Assembly (NCBI GenBank): GCA_035946625.1
Contig: DASYZE010000042.1
Location: 7,065 to 71,064 of the forward strand
Direction: 5' to 3'
DNA: 64,000 nt
Source of the DNA: Terriglobia bacterium
GTDB taxonomy: Bacteria > Acidobacteriota > Terriglobia > UBA7540
The position numbers and the translations under genes were made by a program. Under the pieces are notes generated by a model. It saw only the letters and a list, made by a program, of their open reading frames with translations. It was not told the DNA's origin and did not search any database. Each line of letters begins with the position of its first letter. The first letter of the stretch is position 1. Shown here piece by piece: positions 17,921-27,068 of the stretch.

Positions 17921-18721
17921 ATGAATTTTCGACTTTCTTGTATCGTTTGCCCCTGCGTAGCCTTGCTTCTCCTGGCAAATATTAACCTGGGCCGGGCGCA
18001 GGCTCCCTCCCTCCCACAGTTCCCGCCGGGAGAAACTCTAACTTACGATGTGGAGTGGTCCATCTTTACAGTCGGAAGTGTTGTGGCTACGCTGGTCGAT
18101 CGCGGCCATGGTGCCATCCCTTCGGAAATTACCACCACGGCTCGTTCGCAGGGTTTTGCATCACTTCTATACAAGCTTCAGGATACTTTCGACTCATTCT
18201 TCAACCCGCAAACCCTTTGTTCGACCCGAATCACAAAGAAGATTAGTGAGAACAGCCGGCACCGGGAGGTCGATATTGTCTTCAACGCGGAACGCGGTAT
18301 AGCCCTCCGGGATGAACGAGATTTGAACTCGCTGAAAGCCCCGCCTAAACACGTGGAAAACAATATTCCGGCTTGCACGGAGGATATCGTCACGGCATTC
18401 TATTTTCTTCGCCGCCATGCCCTTCGCGTGGACCAGGACATTCATATGTCCCTGAATGACGGAGGCGAATCCCACGATGTCACCATCGAAGTTCAGGCGC
18501 GAGAATCCATACAGACTGCGCTGGGTAACCGGATGGCTTTTCGCCTGGAACCGAAAATCTTCGGGACGCTTTACAAGAAAAAGGGGCGACTTCTCGTTTG
18601 GTTAAGCGATGACGACCAGCGGCTGCCTTTGCGGCTTAAGATGACCATATCGGTGGGCACTTTCACGGGAAATCTGAGGTCGGTGGCGGCACTTCCGGCA
18701 AGTCTGCCCGCAGCCCATTAG
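17921..18721 (+). CDS. DUF3108-like secreted protein
   Basis: Signal peptide, then GETLTYDVEW...G and beta-rich repeats resembling DUF3108. Last gene of the LPS string. Confidence 0.55.
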   Translation: MNFRLSCIVCPCVALLLLANINLGRAQAPSLPQFPPGETLTYDVEWSIFTVGSVVATLVDRGHGAIPSEITTTARSQGFASLLYKLQDTFDSFFNPQTLCSTRITKKISENSRHREVDIVFNAERGIALRDERDLNSLKAPPKHVENNIPACTEDIVTAFYFLRRHALRVDQDIHMSLNDGGESHDVTIEVQARESIQTALGNRMAFRLEPKIFGTLYKKKGRLLVWLSDDDQRLPLRLKMTISVGTFTGNLRSVAALPASLPAAH

Positions 18722-18868
18722 AACTGGAAGAGTCCTTGCGCAAGTGAAGCGCGAGGCCATGAACTTTTCCAACCACCACAACCACAATTATTATAATCTG
18801 AGGGACAGCGGGATAGGGGCGCCCCTTTCAATTCTCACGGGTTACCGCCCGACAACCGGCTAAAGACG

Positions 18869-19816
18869 ATGCAACCCTCAATCCTTTTCGGGAAAATAGG
18901 GCAGGCCACCCGCCAATGGCGACACGTCCGCAGGGTCCTGGATGAGTCGTTGGTCACTTTCCTGAAAGAGGACGCCCTGACCATATCGGCATCAATCGCC
19001 TATTTCGCTTTGCTCTCAATTTTTCCCATGTTGCTTCTTCTGGTTAGTCTCACTGGGATCTACATCCGGCGTTTTGAACTGAGCGGAGAGCTCACACAGA
19101 TTCTCGAAGGCCTTCTTCCCATGCGGCCGGACTTTATCATGAAGGAACTTGTCCAAATCTCGAAGGGTTTTGGACGGATTACTTTGATCTCAATTGCGCT
19201 TCTGCTTTGGAGTTCGTCGGGCGTGTTTATTCCCTTGGAGAAGGCGCTCGACCGGGCTTGGGAGGTGGAGAAGGGTCGCGCTTGGTGGAAAAGTTACCTG
19301 GTGGCTTTGGAAATGGCCTTTCTATTCGGTGCGTTTATTCTTGTTTATGCCGGCGTGTTGAGTTTTAGCGTCTATCTTCAGGACAAGTCCTCTCACTGGG
19401 GGATCCTTCAATCGACACCCGCCGTCGTTCAAATCCTTTACCGAATCGGTCTTGCCGCCCTCCCCTTCGGAATGACCCTGGGTGTTTTCATTGTCCTGTT
19501 CAAGCGGCTTCCCAACCGTTATTTGAGAATTGGCAAGGTTCTTCCCGGAGCCTTTCTAACCGCAGTGCTTTGGGAGGGCGCGCGCATGTTGTTCACCTTC
19601 TTCCTTCCAAGATTCAATTACAGCCACATCTACGGCTCGGTCGGTGTGGTGGTGGCCCTCATGACCTGGCTCTACGTTTCCTCGGTGGTCACTCTGTTTG
19701 GCGCGCATGTTTCATATAACCTTTACAAGACGCTGAAAGAGCCGGCGCCGGGCCGCGCCCCCACCCTGGCGCCGCCCGTCGAATCACCGGTTCAATCGGC
19801 AAGTGAGGTTCGGTAG
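18869..19816 (+). CDS. YihY/BrkB family membrane protein
   Basis: FLKEDALTISASIAYFALLSIFPMLLLL and 6 TM helices, typical of the YihY (formerly RNase BN) family. Confidence 0.8.
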   Translation: MQPSILFGKIGQATRQWRHVRRVLDESLVTFLKEDALTISASIAYFALLSIFPMLLLLVSLTGIYIRRFELSGELTQILEGLLPMRPDFIMKELVQISKGFGRITLISIALLLWSSSGVFIPLEKALDRAWEVEKGRAWWKSYLVALEMAFLFGAFILVYAGVLSFSVYLQDKSSHWGILQSTPAVVQILYRIGLAALPFGMTLGVFIVLFKRLPNRYLRIGKVLPGAFLTAVLWEGARMLFTFFLPRFNYSHIYGSVGVVVALMTWLYVSSVVTLFGAHVSYNLYKTLKEPAPGRAPTLAPPVESPVQSASEVR

Positions 19817-22467
19817 GTGTGAACGGAGATCGAGGCTCCTTGCATCTCAACCGTCACTGCGCCGCGGACGTCCGTCCCGAACACTTGGGCCCCTGAAGTC
19901 CTGAGCCTGTCGAGCACGTCCAGGCTCGCCGTTTTCAAGCGGTTCCCGGCTTCGTTGTTCACTACGGCAACCAGCGGCGATACGCGATCCACAAACCTCG
20001 ATGCAGAAGAAGTTCTGGAGTCATCGAGTGCCACGCCCAATGTGTGGCTGGTGAGCGCGGAACCCGAAAGCAACAAGGCCCGCTCCACATTGTCGCTAAT
20101 GCCTCCGGATAACAAAACACTGGCCTCTCCGCTCGAAATCCGGAGGACCAGCGCATTGTCGTGGGACGGAGTGCGAGTTGAAGACCCCATACCGGAGTTT
20201 GCAGGCGGCCAAAGTGTGGAAATCGACGTTATTCCCCGCTCGAATCGGTCTCCGGCGGCCAACTCTCGCGTCCTGATTCCGTGTTGTCGAACCTCCTCCA
20301 GTAAGTCACGATAGGAGTCCGTGAGCTGATTCTTTCCGTGCCAGAATTCTCCCACGTCGAAATTGCGGATCAGCGAGCCCAAACCACCAAGGTGTTCCTG
20401 GCGGGAGTCAGTCAAGACAAGAACGTCAATTCGGTCGATACCTCGCGACCACAAGTAGGGTGAAACAATGTCTTCTCCGGGATCCCAACGCCGCCCAGGA
20501 AAGTGGCCGGCTTGAGCACCCATGGTGCGTCTGCCTCCAGCGTCCATCAATAGCGTGGTCCGATCGGGCAGCACCACAAAAATCGCGTCGCCTCCGCCAC
20601 AGTCGAGTGAAGTCACTTCCAGGACTCCACCGGGAATTTGAGGCGCAAAGGGATGAAGAGAAATCAAAGTGGCAAATACAAGTTGTCCCGTCATGGAAGT
20701 CCAGAAGAGGCGCGGCTTGCGCCCCAAGGTCAATGCCGCGATGACGACGGATATCACGAACCCCCAAGCGACCCACGCGGGAGGTTCCGAGACCCGAAAA
20801 GATAACCAGGCCGGCAGCGAGGGCCAGTCGGTTAAAGAAAAAAGGCACTTCATAATGAGATCCACCAGTTTGGCCGGCCAGGCTGCGAGGGATGGCGCTA
20901 TGGTGCCCAGTAATACCGTGGGGATGGCCGTTGCCAGAAGTAACACCATCACCGGAATCGCCAGCGCGTTCAGCCCTATTCCAGAAATCGCGACGCGATG
21001 GAAAGTCATCGCCATCGGAAGCAACAAACCAATCTGGAGAATGGCGGAAAACAACAAAATGTTTCCGGTCCACAGTGCCAACCTGATGGGAGCCGTTACG
21101 GCCAATGATGCGACAGCCGGATGCCGCTTGGTGAGCCCGACTCGCTCCTTCAGACCTAAAATCAATGCTCTTAAATCAAGGCGAAATTGTACCTGGCCCG
21201 GCTTAAAACTGAAATCCAGGCCAGCCTCCTCGATCCTCCCAAGGGCGCGCCAGTAAGGTTCAGTGGTAAGCATGAGGATGGGAACGGCCAATCCCACAAT
21301 CAGCAGCGCCGCGGCGAATGACAATTCAAACTCTGTTTCGAAGAGCCACGCCGGGCGGTAAAGCAACAGGGCCAAAGCGGCCAGCCCGACGGCGTTCAAA
21401 GCCCCGTGTTCGCGGTAGAGGAGGCGGGCGACAAGATAAACGAAAATCATCAGCAACGCACGCAGAGTGGACGCGCGCTGTTCCACCAGCAGCGAATAAG
21501 CAAGCAGGAATGCCAGAAGAAGAGCCACTCTCCAGGTTTGCCTCAGTGGTGTGCGGCGGAGCAGGAACGCCCCGATCAAGGCCAGCAGTCCGATATGAAG
21601 ACCGGCGATCACAAGCAAATGGTAAAGCCCGGTCTTACGAAAATTGTCAATCGTATCGGAATCGAGCGACGTTCGTTCCCCCAACAGCACGGCTTTCAGA
21701 ACCGCCCCGTCACGCATTTCCCCCGACCACGGCGGATAAAGGGTATCAATCGATCGGATCAAACGCTGGCGGGCCTTCTCCAAAAGCTTGGAGAACCCTG
21801 CACGCTTGTTGCCCGCAAGTTTTTCCACCAGGTGAGGATTCTTGATCGTCCCCAGCCAGTAAACGTCTTCCACGGATTGCAAATAATGGCGAAAATCAAA
21901 GCTGCCGGGATTTCGGTAAACCCGGGGCTTCTGCAACCAGACGAGGGCGCGAATTCCGTCCCCCCTTTGAAGGTGTAGCGCGTTGATGGCGGGCCACGCC
22001 CCGGAATCTCCTGAAGCCTCCAGGCGCACCCGAATGATGCCCGTCCAGGGACGGAGTTCATTGCCCCTCCCGGCGCTTCTTACCTCAATGCTCTTCGCGC
22101 CCAAATCGAATTGAATCCCGTAACGAGTGTGAAAAGGAATCGAGGCCAAAACACCTTCCATTCGCACCGGGTCGGCCAAATCTATCCCCGATGAATCGAG
22201 ATATCGGACGTGGTTGATTGGAAATCGGGCTTCAAACAGGAAAGACGCGGCTGCGCCGGCGACCCCAAATCCGATCAGGGCGAACAAAAGCGAAGGGAAG
22301 TACTTACTTGCCCGCAAAAGCGCGAGACCGGGAATCAAACAAATTCCCGCGATAGCAAGAAGGTATGAGACCGCTTGGATTATTTCGCCGGCGGACCGAC
22401 CTTCAGGGTGGGCTGACAAAATTCCCAGAGCGAAACAACCCGCCAGAACCAGCAAAGGACTTCGCAT
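19792..22467 (-). CDS. comEC: DNA internalisation competence protein ComEC/Rec2
   Basis: 891 aa with an N-terminal TM/OB region, the polytopic Competence domain (GLYHLLVIAGLHIG), and a C-terminal metallo-beta-lactamase-like domain (LDCGGGDAIFV). Confidence 0.85.
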   Translation of the reverse strand: MRSPLLVLAGCFALGILSAHPEGRSAGEIIQAVSYLLAIAGICLIPGLALLRASKYFPSLLFALIGFGVAGAAASFLFEARFPINHVRYLDSSGIDLADPVRMEGVLASIPFHTRYGIQFDLGAKSIEVRSAGRGNELRPWTGIIRVRLEASGDSGAWPAINALHLQRGDGIRALVWLQKPRVYRNPGSFDFRHYLQSVEDVYWLGTIKNPHLVEKLAGNKRAGFSKLLEKARQRLIRSIDTLYPPWSGEMRDGAVLKAVLLGERTSLDSDTIDNFRKTGLYHLLVIAGLHIGLLALIGAFLLRRTPLRQTWRVALLLAFLLAYSLLVEQRASTLRALLMIFVYLVARLLYREHGALNAVGLAALALLLYRPAWLFETEFELSFAAALLIVGLAVPILMLTTEPYWRALGRIEEAGLDFSFKPGQVQFRLDLRALILGLKERVGLTKRHPAVASLAVTAPIRLALWTGNILLFSAILQIGLLLPMAMTFHRVAISGIGLNALAIPVMVLLLATAIPTVLLGTIAPSLAAWPAKLVDLIMKCLFSLTDWPSLPAWLSFRVSEPPAWVAWGFVISVVIAALTLGRKPRLFWTSMTGQLVFATLISLHPFAPQIPGGVLEVTSLDCGGGDAIFVVLPDRTTLLMDAGGRRTMGAQAGHFPGRRWDPGEDIVSPYLWSRGIDRIDVLVLTDSRQEHLGGLGSLIRNFDVGEFWHGKNQLTDSYRDLLEEVRQHGIRTRELAAGDRFERGITSISTLWPPANSGMGSSTRTPSHDNALVLRISSGEASVLLSGGISDNVERALLLSGSALTSHTLGVALDDSRTSSASRFVDRVSPLVAVVNNEAGNRLKTASLDVLDRLRTSGAQVFGTDVRGAVTVEMQGASISVHTYRTSLAD

Positions 22468-22646
22468 GGAAAAGGTGACTCCCTTCGTGTTCCGCCCGGT
22501 GTGGGAAGCTGAAACAACTCCCTGCTTTCATCGGTTAAGCAATGTAGCTACAATACTCAGATGATACACAACGCTGTTTGGCGTCATGTTTGTGGATGGC
22601 GCAAAAGTGCCTGGGTGGGAGCAAGCGGTGATGATCACCGGAGATG

Positions 22647-23924
22647 CTAGGTTTTCTGTGCGGAGAGCTTGGCCACGCATTCAATATGGTAAGTCTGCGG
22701 AAAGAAATCAAACAGCTCGACCGAATTCAATACGTACCCCCGGGCGATCAGAAATCCAAGGTCACGAGCCAGGGTGGGTGGATGGCAACTGGCGTAATGG
22801 ATTCGGCGGGGCTGGATTGCGGTGATGAATTTGAGGGTGTCTGATCCAACGCCCGCGCGCGGAGGGTCAATCACCACCAAGTCCGGCCCCGAGCGGGCGT
22901 ACCGGCGCAAGAAATCAAATGCCGTATCCGCCACGGCGCGGACGTTTTGAAGCGAATGCGCCTTGGCGTTCGCCGCCAGGTCCGCTGCCGCCGCTTGGCT
23001 GGCTTCCACGCCCACCACCTCGTCAAACTGCCGCGCCAGGGGGAGCGAAAACAAACCCACCCCTGCGAAAAGGTCGAGGGCAACCCCGCCCCGCTCTCCC
23101 GCCGTGGTCGAGCCCACGAATTCCGGGAGCAGAAAACGCGACGACTGAAAGAACGAGCCGGGGCTGACTCGATATTCAAAATCTCCCACCCGATATTCCA
23201 GGGCCGGCGCGCCAAAAGTCCGCAAGCCGCTGCCATCGTCGATGACCACGCTGGCTATACTCTTGCAGCCAGCCAAAACATCCGTCGCCAGGGCCTCTCC
23301 GGTTTGCGCGCTGAAACTTCCACAAAAAGTGACCATCGCGCGCTTGTCACAGTCGTCGGCGAGCATTTCGATTTCCCGGCAACCCGCCAGAAGTGCTGAG
23401 CACCTGGGCTGGCGCAGTTCGGCCAGAATCGCATTGAGACAAGGTGAAAGAATCGGGCAATTGTCGATGGGTACGTGCTGGTGAGACTCAGCTTCAAAAA
23501 ATCCCAACTGGGCGTGCCCGTCAGGCAATACGGCCACTTTGATTTGAGCCTGGTTGCGATAGTTCCATGGATTTGCGACGTGGGTTGGAATTTCGGACGC
23601 CCAGAATATCTTCCCGATGCGCCGGAGCGTTTCGCGCAGAATTTCGCGCTTCGTCGCCACCTGATTCTCCGGAGCAAAATGTTGGTACTGGCAGCCTCCG
23701 CAACTCCCAAAGTAAGGGCAAGGGGGATCAATGCGTTCGGGCGCCTCCGCGAGAATTCGTAATGGGCGGGCGTGCACCACGCCCTTGGCGGCACGAACTT
23801 CTTCAACTTCCAGGCGTTCGCCGGGCAACGCTCGCGGAACAAAGATCGCCCGCCCGTGGTGATGCCCGAGCGCGTCGCCTCCGAAGACGAGTTTTTCCGC
23901 CGAGAATTCAAAGGGCTGGCTCAT
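22647..23924 (-). CDS. rlmD: 23S rRNA (uracil-C5)-methyltransferase, RlmD/RumA family
   Basis: N-terminal TRAM-like segment, 4-Cys cluster CPYFGSCGGCQYQH, SAM motif LDLFAGVGLFS, and a C-terminal DPPRAG...SC catalytic motif. Confidence 0.75.
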   Translation of the reverse strand: MSQPFEFSAEKLVFGGDALGHHHGRAIFVPRALPGERLEVEEVRAAKGVVHARPLRILAEAPERIDPPCPYFGSCGGCQYQHFAPENQVATKREILRETLRRIGKIFWASEIPTHVANPWNYRNQAQIKVAVLPDGHAQLGFFEAESHQHVPIDNCPILSPCLNAILAELRQPRCSALLAGCREIEMLADDCDKRAMVTFCGSFSAQTGEALATDVLAGCKSIASVVIDDGSGLRTFGAPALEYRVGDFEYRVSPGSFFQSSRFLLPEFVGSTTAGERGGVALDLFAGVGLFSLPLARQFDEVVGVEASQAAAADLAANAKAHSLQNVRAVADTAFDFLRRYARSGPDLVVIDPPRAGVGSDTLKFITAIQPRRIHYASCHPPTLARDLGFLIARGYVLNSVELFDFFPQTYHIECVAKLSAQKT

Positions 23925-23951
23925 GGACCTTCCAAATCCGTTTCGGTGATT

Positions 23952-24662
23952 TCACAAATAGAAAAGACTGAGGCGCGGCACGGCATAGTGTTCGTATAAC
24001 CGCTTTTTAAGAAACTGGCGCCCCAGGGATTCAATTTGCGGCGCCGTCATTTTCTGGCGGTAGCTCACCAGGCCCCGGTCCACTTCCTTCCGCACTTCGG
24101 TAAGAAGGTCGGTGGACGCGGCCCGGGTCAGTGCAGCCGTCAGTTTTTCTTCCAGCGCCGAGAGTCGTTGCTCCAGATCTTCCAAATCGGTGGAAAACTC
24201 TCCGCGCAACGCGATTTCACAAATCGCCTTTGCGACCTCTTGAAGATCCTCTGCCAGGACCCGCGCGCGCTTCGCATGGCAGTGGGCCGACGCCTTCTCC
24301 AAAGCCTCTGCACTCTGATTGAGGTGGGCTAGAATTTCCTCCGCTGCAAAGGGAGCTTTTTCAGGCGGGCGGTGCGCGGCAGGTGCGCCGCTTTCCACCT
24401 GGGCAGTGTTCAACTCTGCGGCCGCCTGGAGCACAGCCTGGGAACAATAAGCGAGTCCGTTAATTTTTCGGAATCGCTGCGGGCGTTTGGAAAACTTCTG
24501 AAAGGCGCGCTCGATGCCAGTCAGTACGGCCTCCAGCGGGATGCCCGCTTCCTTCCAGGATTCAACTAGCGCCCAGTCCAGAGTGGAAAGTAGGGTGGGA
24601 GTTCCCCGGCACCGGCGAAAACACTCCTCGATTTCCGTAAAGTAGTTGAAGTAGTTGTCCAA
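23952..24662 (-). CDS. hypothetical protein (236 aa), helical
   Basis: TTG start. The N-terminal about 80 aa (MDNYFNYFTEIEECFRRCRG...WKEAGIPLEAV) looks like a small helical or winged-helix-like domain followed by a coiled region. No family recognised. Confidence 0.5.
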   Translation of the reverse strand: MDNYFNYFTEIEECFRRCRGTPTLLSTLDWALVESWKEAGIPLEAVLTGIERAFQKFSKRPQRFRKINGLAYCSQAVLQAAAELNTAQVESGAPAAHRPPEKAPFAAEEILAHLNQSAEALEKASAHCHAKRARVLAEDLQEVAKAICEIALRGEFSTDLEDLEQRLSALEEKLTAALTRAASTDLLTEVRKEVDRGLVSYRQKMTAPQIESLGRQFLKKRLYEHYAVPRLSLFYL

Positions 24663-24678
24663 CGCGCAATCACAAGGC

Positions 24679-24818
24679 GGAGGGAAGTAGTACTTCCGTA
24701 CTTCAGTTCATCAGTATTTCAGTTCTTCAGTGGGTCAGTCTAAATTCTGTTACGCGATTCTCACGACTCATAATTTCTTTACCGGGCAACTGAAATACTG
24801 ACCTACCTCCTTCCCTCC
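24679..24818. repeat. inverted word-repeats bracketing the coaX|hypothetical spacer
   Basis: Perfect 13-nt IR: cagtatttcagtt (24712-24724) and aactgaaatactg (24788-24800). Outer pair: ggagggaagtag (24679-24690) and ctacctccttccctcc (24803-24818). The left half stutters on the word (a/c)ttcagt. Confidence 0.85.
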
Positions 24819-25640
24819 TTACCTCTGGCTCCCGGCTCCTGGCTTCTGCCTTCTTTCTTCCGCATTCCTCTCGTAAATTATTCGCAAGCCTTCCAGCGTC
24901 AAAGACGCCTCAACCGGCGGTTTGTACCTGGACGCGCCTGCCACTAGAGGAGCTTGTCCACCGGTGGCAATCACTTTGGTCTTCTTTCCCAAATCATGGC
25001 AGAGACGATCCAGGACGCCGTCCACCAAACCCACGGCGCCGTAAAACAGACCTGACTGCATGCTGCTGACGGTGTTGGTTCCGATTACGTGACGGGGTTC
25101 GCGAATTTCCACCCGGGGCAGGCGCGCCGCCCTCTGGAAAAGCGCTTCCGCCGAGATCCCGATGCCCGGCGCAATGACACCTCCAAGGTATTCACCTTTT
25201 TCTGACACCACGTCGAAGGTGATGGCGGTGCCAAAATCGACGATGACGCAGGGACCGCCATATTTCTCAAAAGCGGCCACGCCATTGGCAATGCGATCCG
25301 CGCCCACTTCCAGAGGATTGTCATAGTGGATCGCCATCCCCGTGCGGACGCCCGGTTCGAGGAAAAAGGCCTTGAGACGAAAATATTTCTGCGCCATCTC
25401 CTCCAGGAGCGTATTGAGCGGCGGAACTACGCTCGCCACCATGATGGCGGAAATCTGATCCGCTTGAATCCCCTCGAGCGAAAACAGGTTGCGGATCAGG
25501 ATTCCATACTCATCGGCAGTTTGGGCGCGGTTGGTGGTCAATCGCCATTGGGCGAGAAGAGCCTTGTCCTTAAAAACGCCCAGCACAGTGTTGGTATTTC
25601 CGACGTCGATCACCAGAAGATTTGTGTTTGGATTGGCCAT
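24819..25640 (-). CDS. coaX: type III pantothenate kinase
   Basis: LLVIDVGNTNTVLGVF, GADRIAN and VDFGTAITFD motifs of CoaX. Confidence 0.9.
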   Translation of the reverse strand: MANPNTNLLVIDVGNTNTVLGVFKDKALLAQWRLTTNRAQTADEYGILIRNLFSLEGIQADQISAIMVASVVPPLNTLLEEMAQKYFRLKAFFLEPGVRTGMAIHYDNPLEVGADRIANGVAAFEKYGGPCVIVDFGTAITFDVVSEKGEYLGGVIAPGIGISAEALFQRAARLPRVEIREPRHVIGTNTVSSMQSGLFYGAVGLVDGVLDRLCHDLGKKTKVIATGGQAPLVAGASRYKPPVEASLTLEGLRIIYERNAEERRQKPGAGSQR

Positions 25641-25785
25641 AACTGAAATCAGCAGGTGGTAGGTTGTAGCTGGAATGTGGGGAAATCCTGATCGTTATGG
25701 CTTGGGGCTGCGGATGACTTCGGGTTGCAATAGCTATTCTGGAAACTTTTCCCCCCCTGCCCAATGCCCCCACCTACTACCTACC
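25641..25785. repeat. inverted word-repeats bracketing the birA|coaX spacer
   Basis: aactgaaatcagcaggtggtaggttgtagctggaatgtgg (25641-25680) versus cacctactacctacc (25771-25785). The right arm overlaps the birA stop. Confidence 0.75.
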
Positions 25786-26776
25786 GCCTCACCTCCGTAA
25801 TTTCTCCTGAAACCAATAGTTCTTCCCTTCCGTCCTCGCGGCGGATGCGAAGCATTCCAGTGGGATCAAGTCCCGCCGTGACGGCCTGGAAATCCTCGTC
25901 GCTCGTCCGCACTCGGACGGTCTTCCCTTCCGCGAAAGTCGAAGCTTTGGCCCAGGCGCGGACAATCGGCGCGTTGCCTTCGTCTTTCAGCAACCCGTAA
26001 TATCTCTCCAATTCTTTCAACAAGCTCAACGCAATTTGTGTCCGGGAGTAGCTTCTTTTCCCTTCCATGCGCAAAGACGTGGCAATCGCCCCCAGTTCCG
26101 AGGGCATGGTTCTGTTGTTCACGTTCACGCCAATTCCCAAAACGACGTGGTGCAAGCGGCCCAGTTCGGCGTTCATTTCGGTAAGAATACCGCAAACTTT
26201 TTTGCCATTCACCAGCAAATCGTTGGGCCAGCGAATGTCAACCTCAAGTCCGGTGGCTGTGGATACTGCACGATGGGCCGCCACGCCCGCCATCAAAGTG
26301 AGTGCCGGTGCGTCGGCGGGCGAAAGTTTCGGACGCAGGATGACCGAGGCATAGATGCCACTGGATTTTTCTGAATACCACTTTCGTCCGAAGCGGCCCC
26401 GGCCCGCCGTTTGCTCTTCCGCCAGCACCACGGTCCCGTCTGCCGCTCCGTCAGTGGCCAGCGCCAGGGCAGTGTTATTGGTCGAGTCGATTCGGAAATA
26501 ATGAATGATTTTGCGCCCGATTTCATTGTCGCCCAGCTCCGGTTGTATCAGGCTGGGCGCCAGAATGTCCGGTAGGGTGCGGAGTTGGTAGCCGCTTGAC
26601 GTATGCCCCTGAATGTCAACGCCCAGCGCGCGCAGCTTTCCAACGTACTTCCAAACCGTAGAACGCGTCACCCCAATCTGGGAGGCGATTTTGGGGCCGG
26701 GCAACACTACTGTCGCATTCTTCACCAGCACAGAAATCAACTTGTCCATGCGGCGGTCAGTGGCAGCGGCACCCAT
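25781..26776 (-). CDS. birA: bifunctional biotin--[acetyl-CoA-carboxylase] ligase / biotin operon repressor
   Basis: N-terminal HTH (SQIGVTRSTVWKYV), the GRGRFGRKW biotin-binding loop, and a C-terminal SH3-like domain. Confidence 0.9.
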   Translation of the reverse strand: MGAAATDRRMDKLISVLVKNATVVLPGPKIASQIGVTRSTVWKYVGKLRALGVDIQGHTSSGYQLRTLPDILAPSLIQPELGDNEIGRKIIHYFRIDSTNNTALALATDGAADGTVVLAEEQTAGRGRFGRKWYSEKSSGIYASVILRPKLSPADAPALTLMAGVAAHRAVSTATGLEVDIRWPNDLLVNGKKVCGILTEMNAELGRLHHVVLGIGVNVNNRTMPSELGAIATSLRMEGKRSYSRTQIALSLLKELERYYGLLKDEGNAPIVRAWAKASTFAEGKTVRVRTSDEDFQAVTAGLDPTGMLRIRREDGREELLVSGEITEVRR

Positions 26777-26882
26777 AGGGTTTCAACGGTCGATGGGATA
26801 AGTAATAAATACTAGCGACTCCGAGCCGGCGATTACATCCATTATCCTGTTTCTAATCCAAACGCACATGCAAAGGTTGCTT

Positions 26883-27004
26883 GCCCCCTCACCCTCATCC
26901 CCTCTCTCGCCGCGGCGACCGAGGGGAGATATGAAACCAAAGATCATGGCCTTCGCTCCCTTGGGGAGAGGGTGTTCCGCCGGGGCGGGACCGGTGAGGG
27001 GTGC
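26883..27004. repeat. composite imperfect palindrome (REP-like) between valS and birA
   Basis: gccccctcaccctcatcccctctc ... gaggggag ... ggggagaggg ... ggtgaggggtgc. Outer (cccctcaccc/ggtgagggg) and inner (cccctctc/ggggagagg) arms are complementary. Confidence 0.7.
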
Positions 27005-27068
27005 TTAACAAACTTCTCACAATTTAACTTTCTTGGTCACGTTTGTATTAGCTACGATTTTCCATTTG

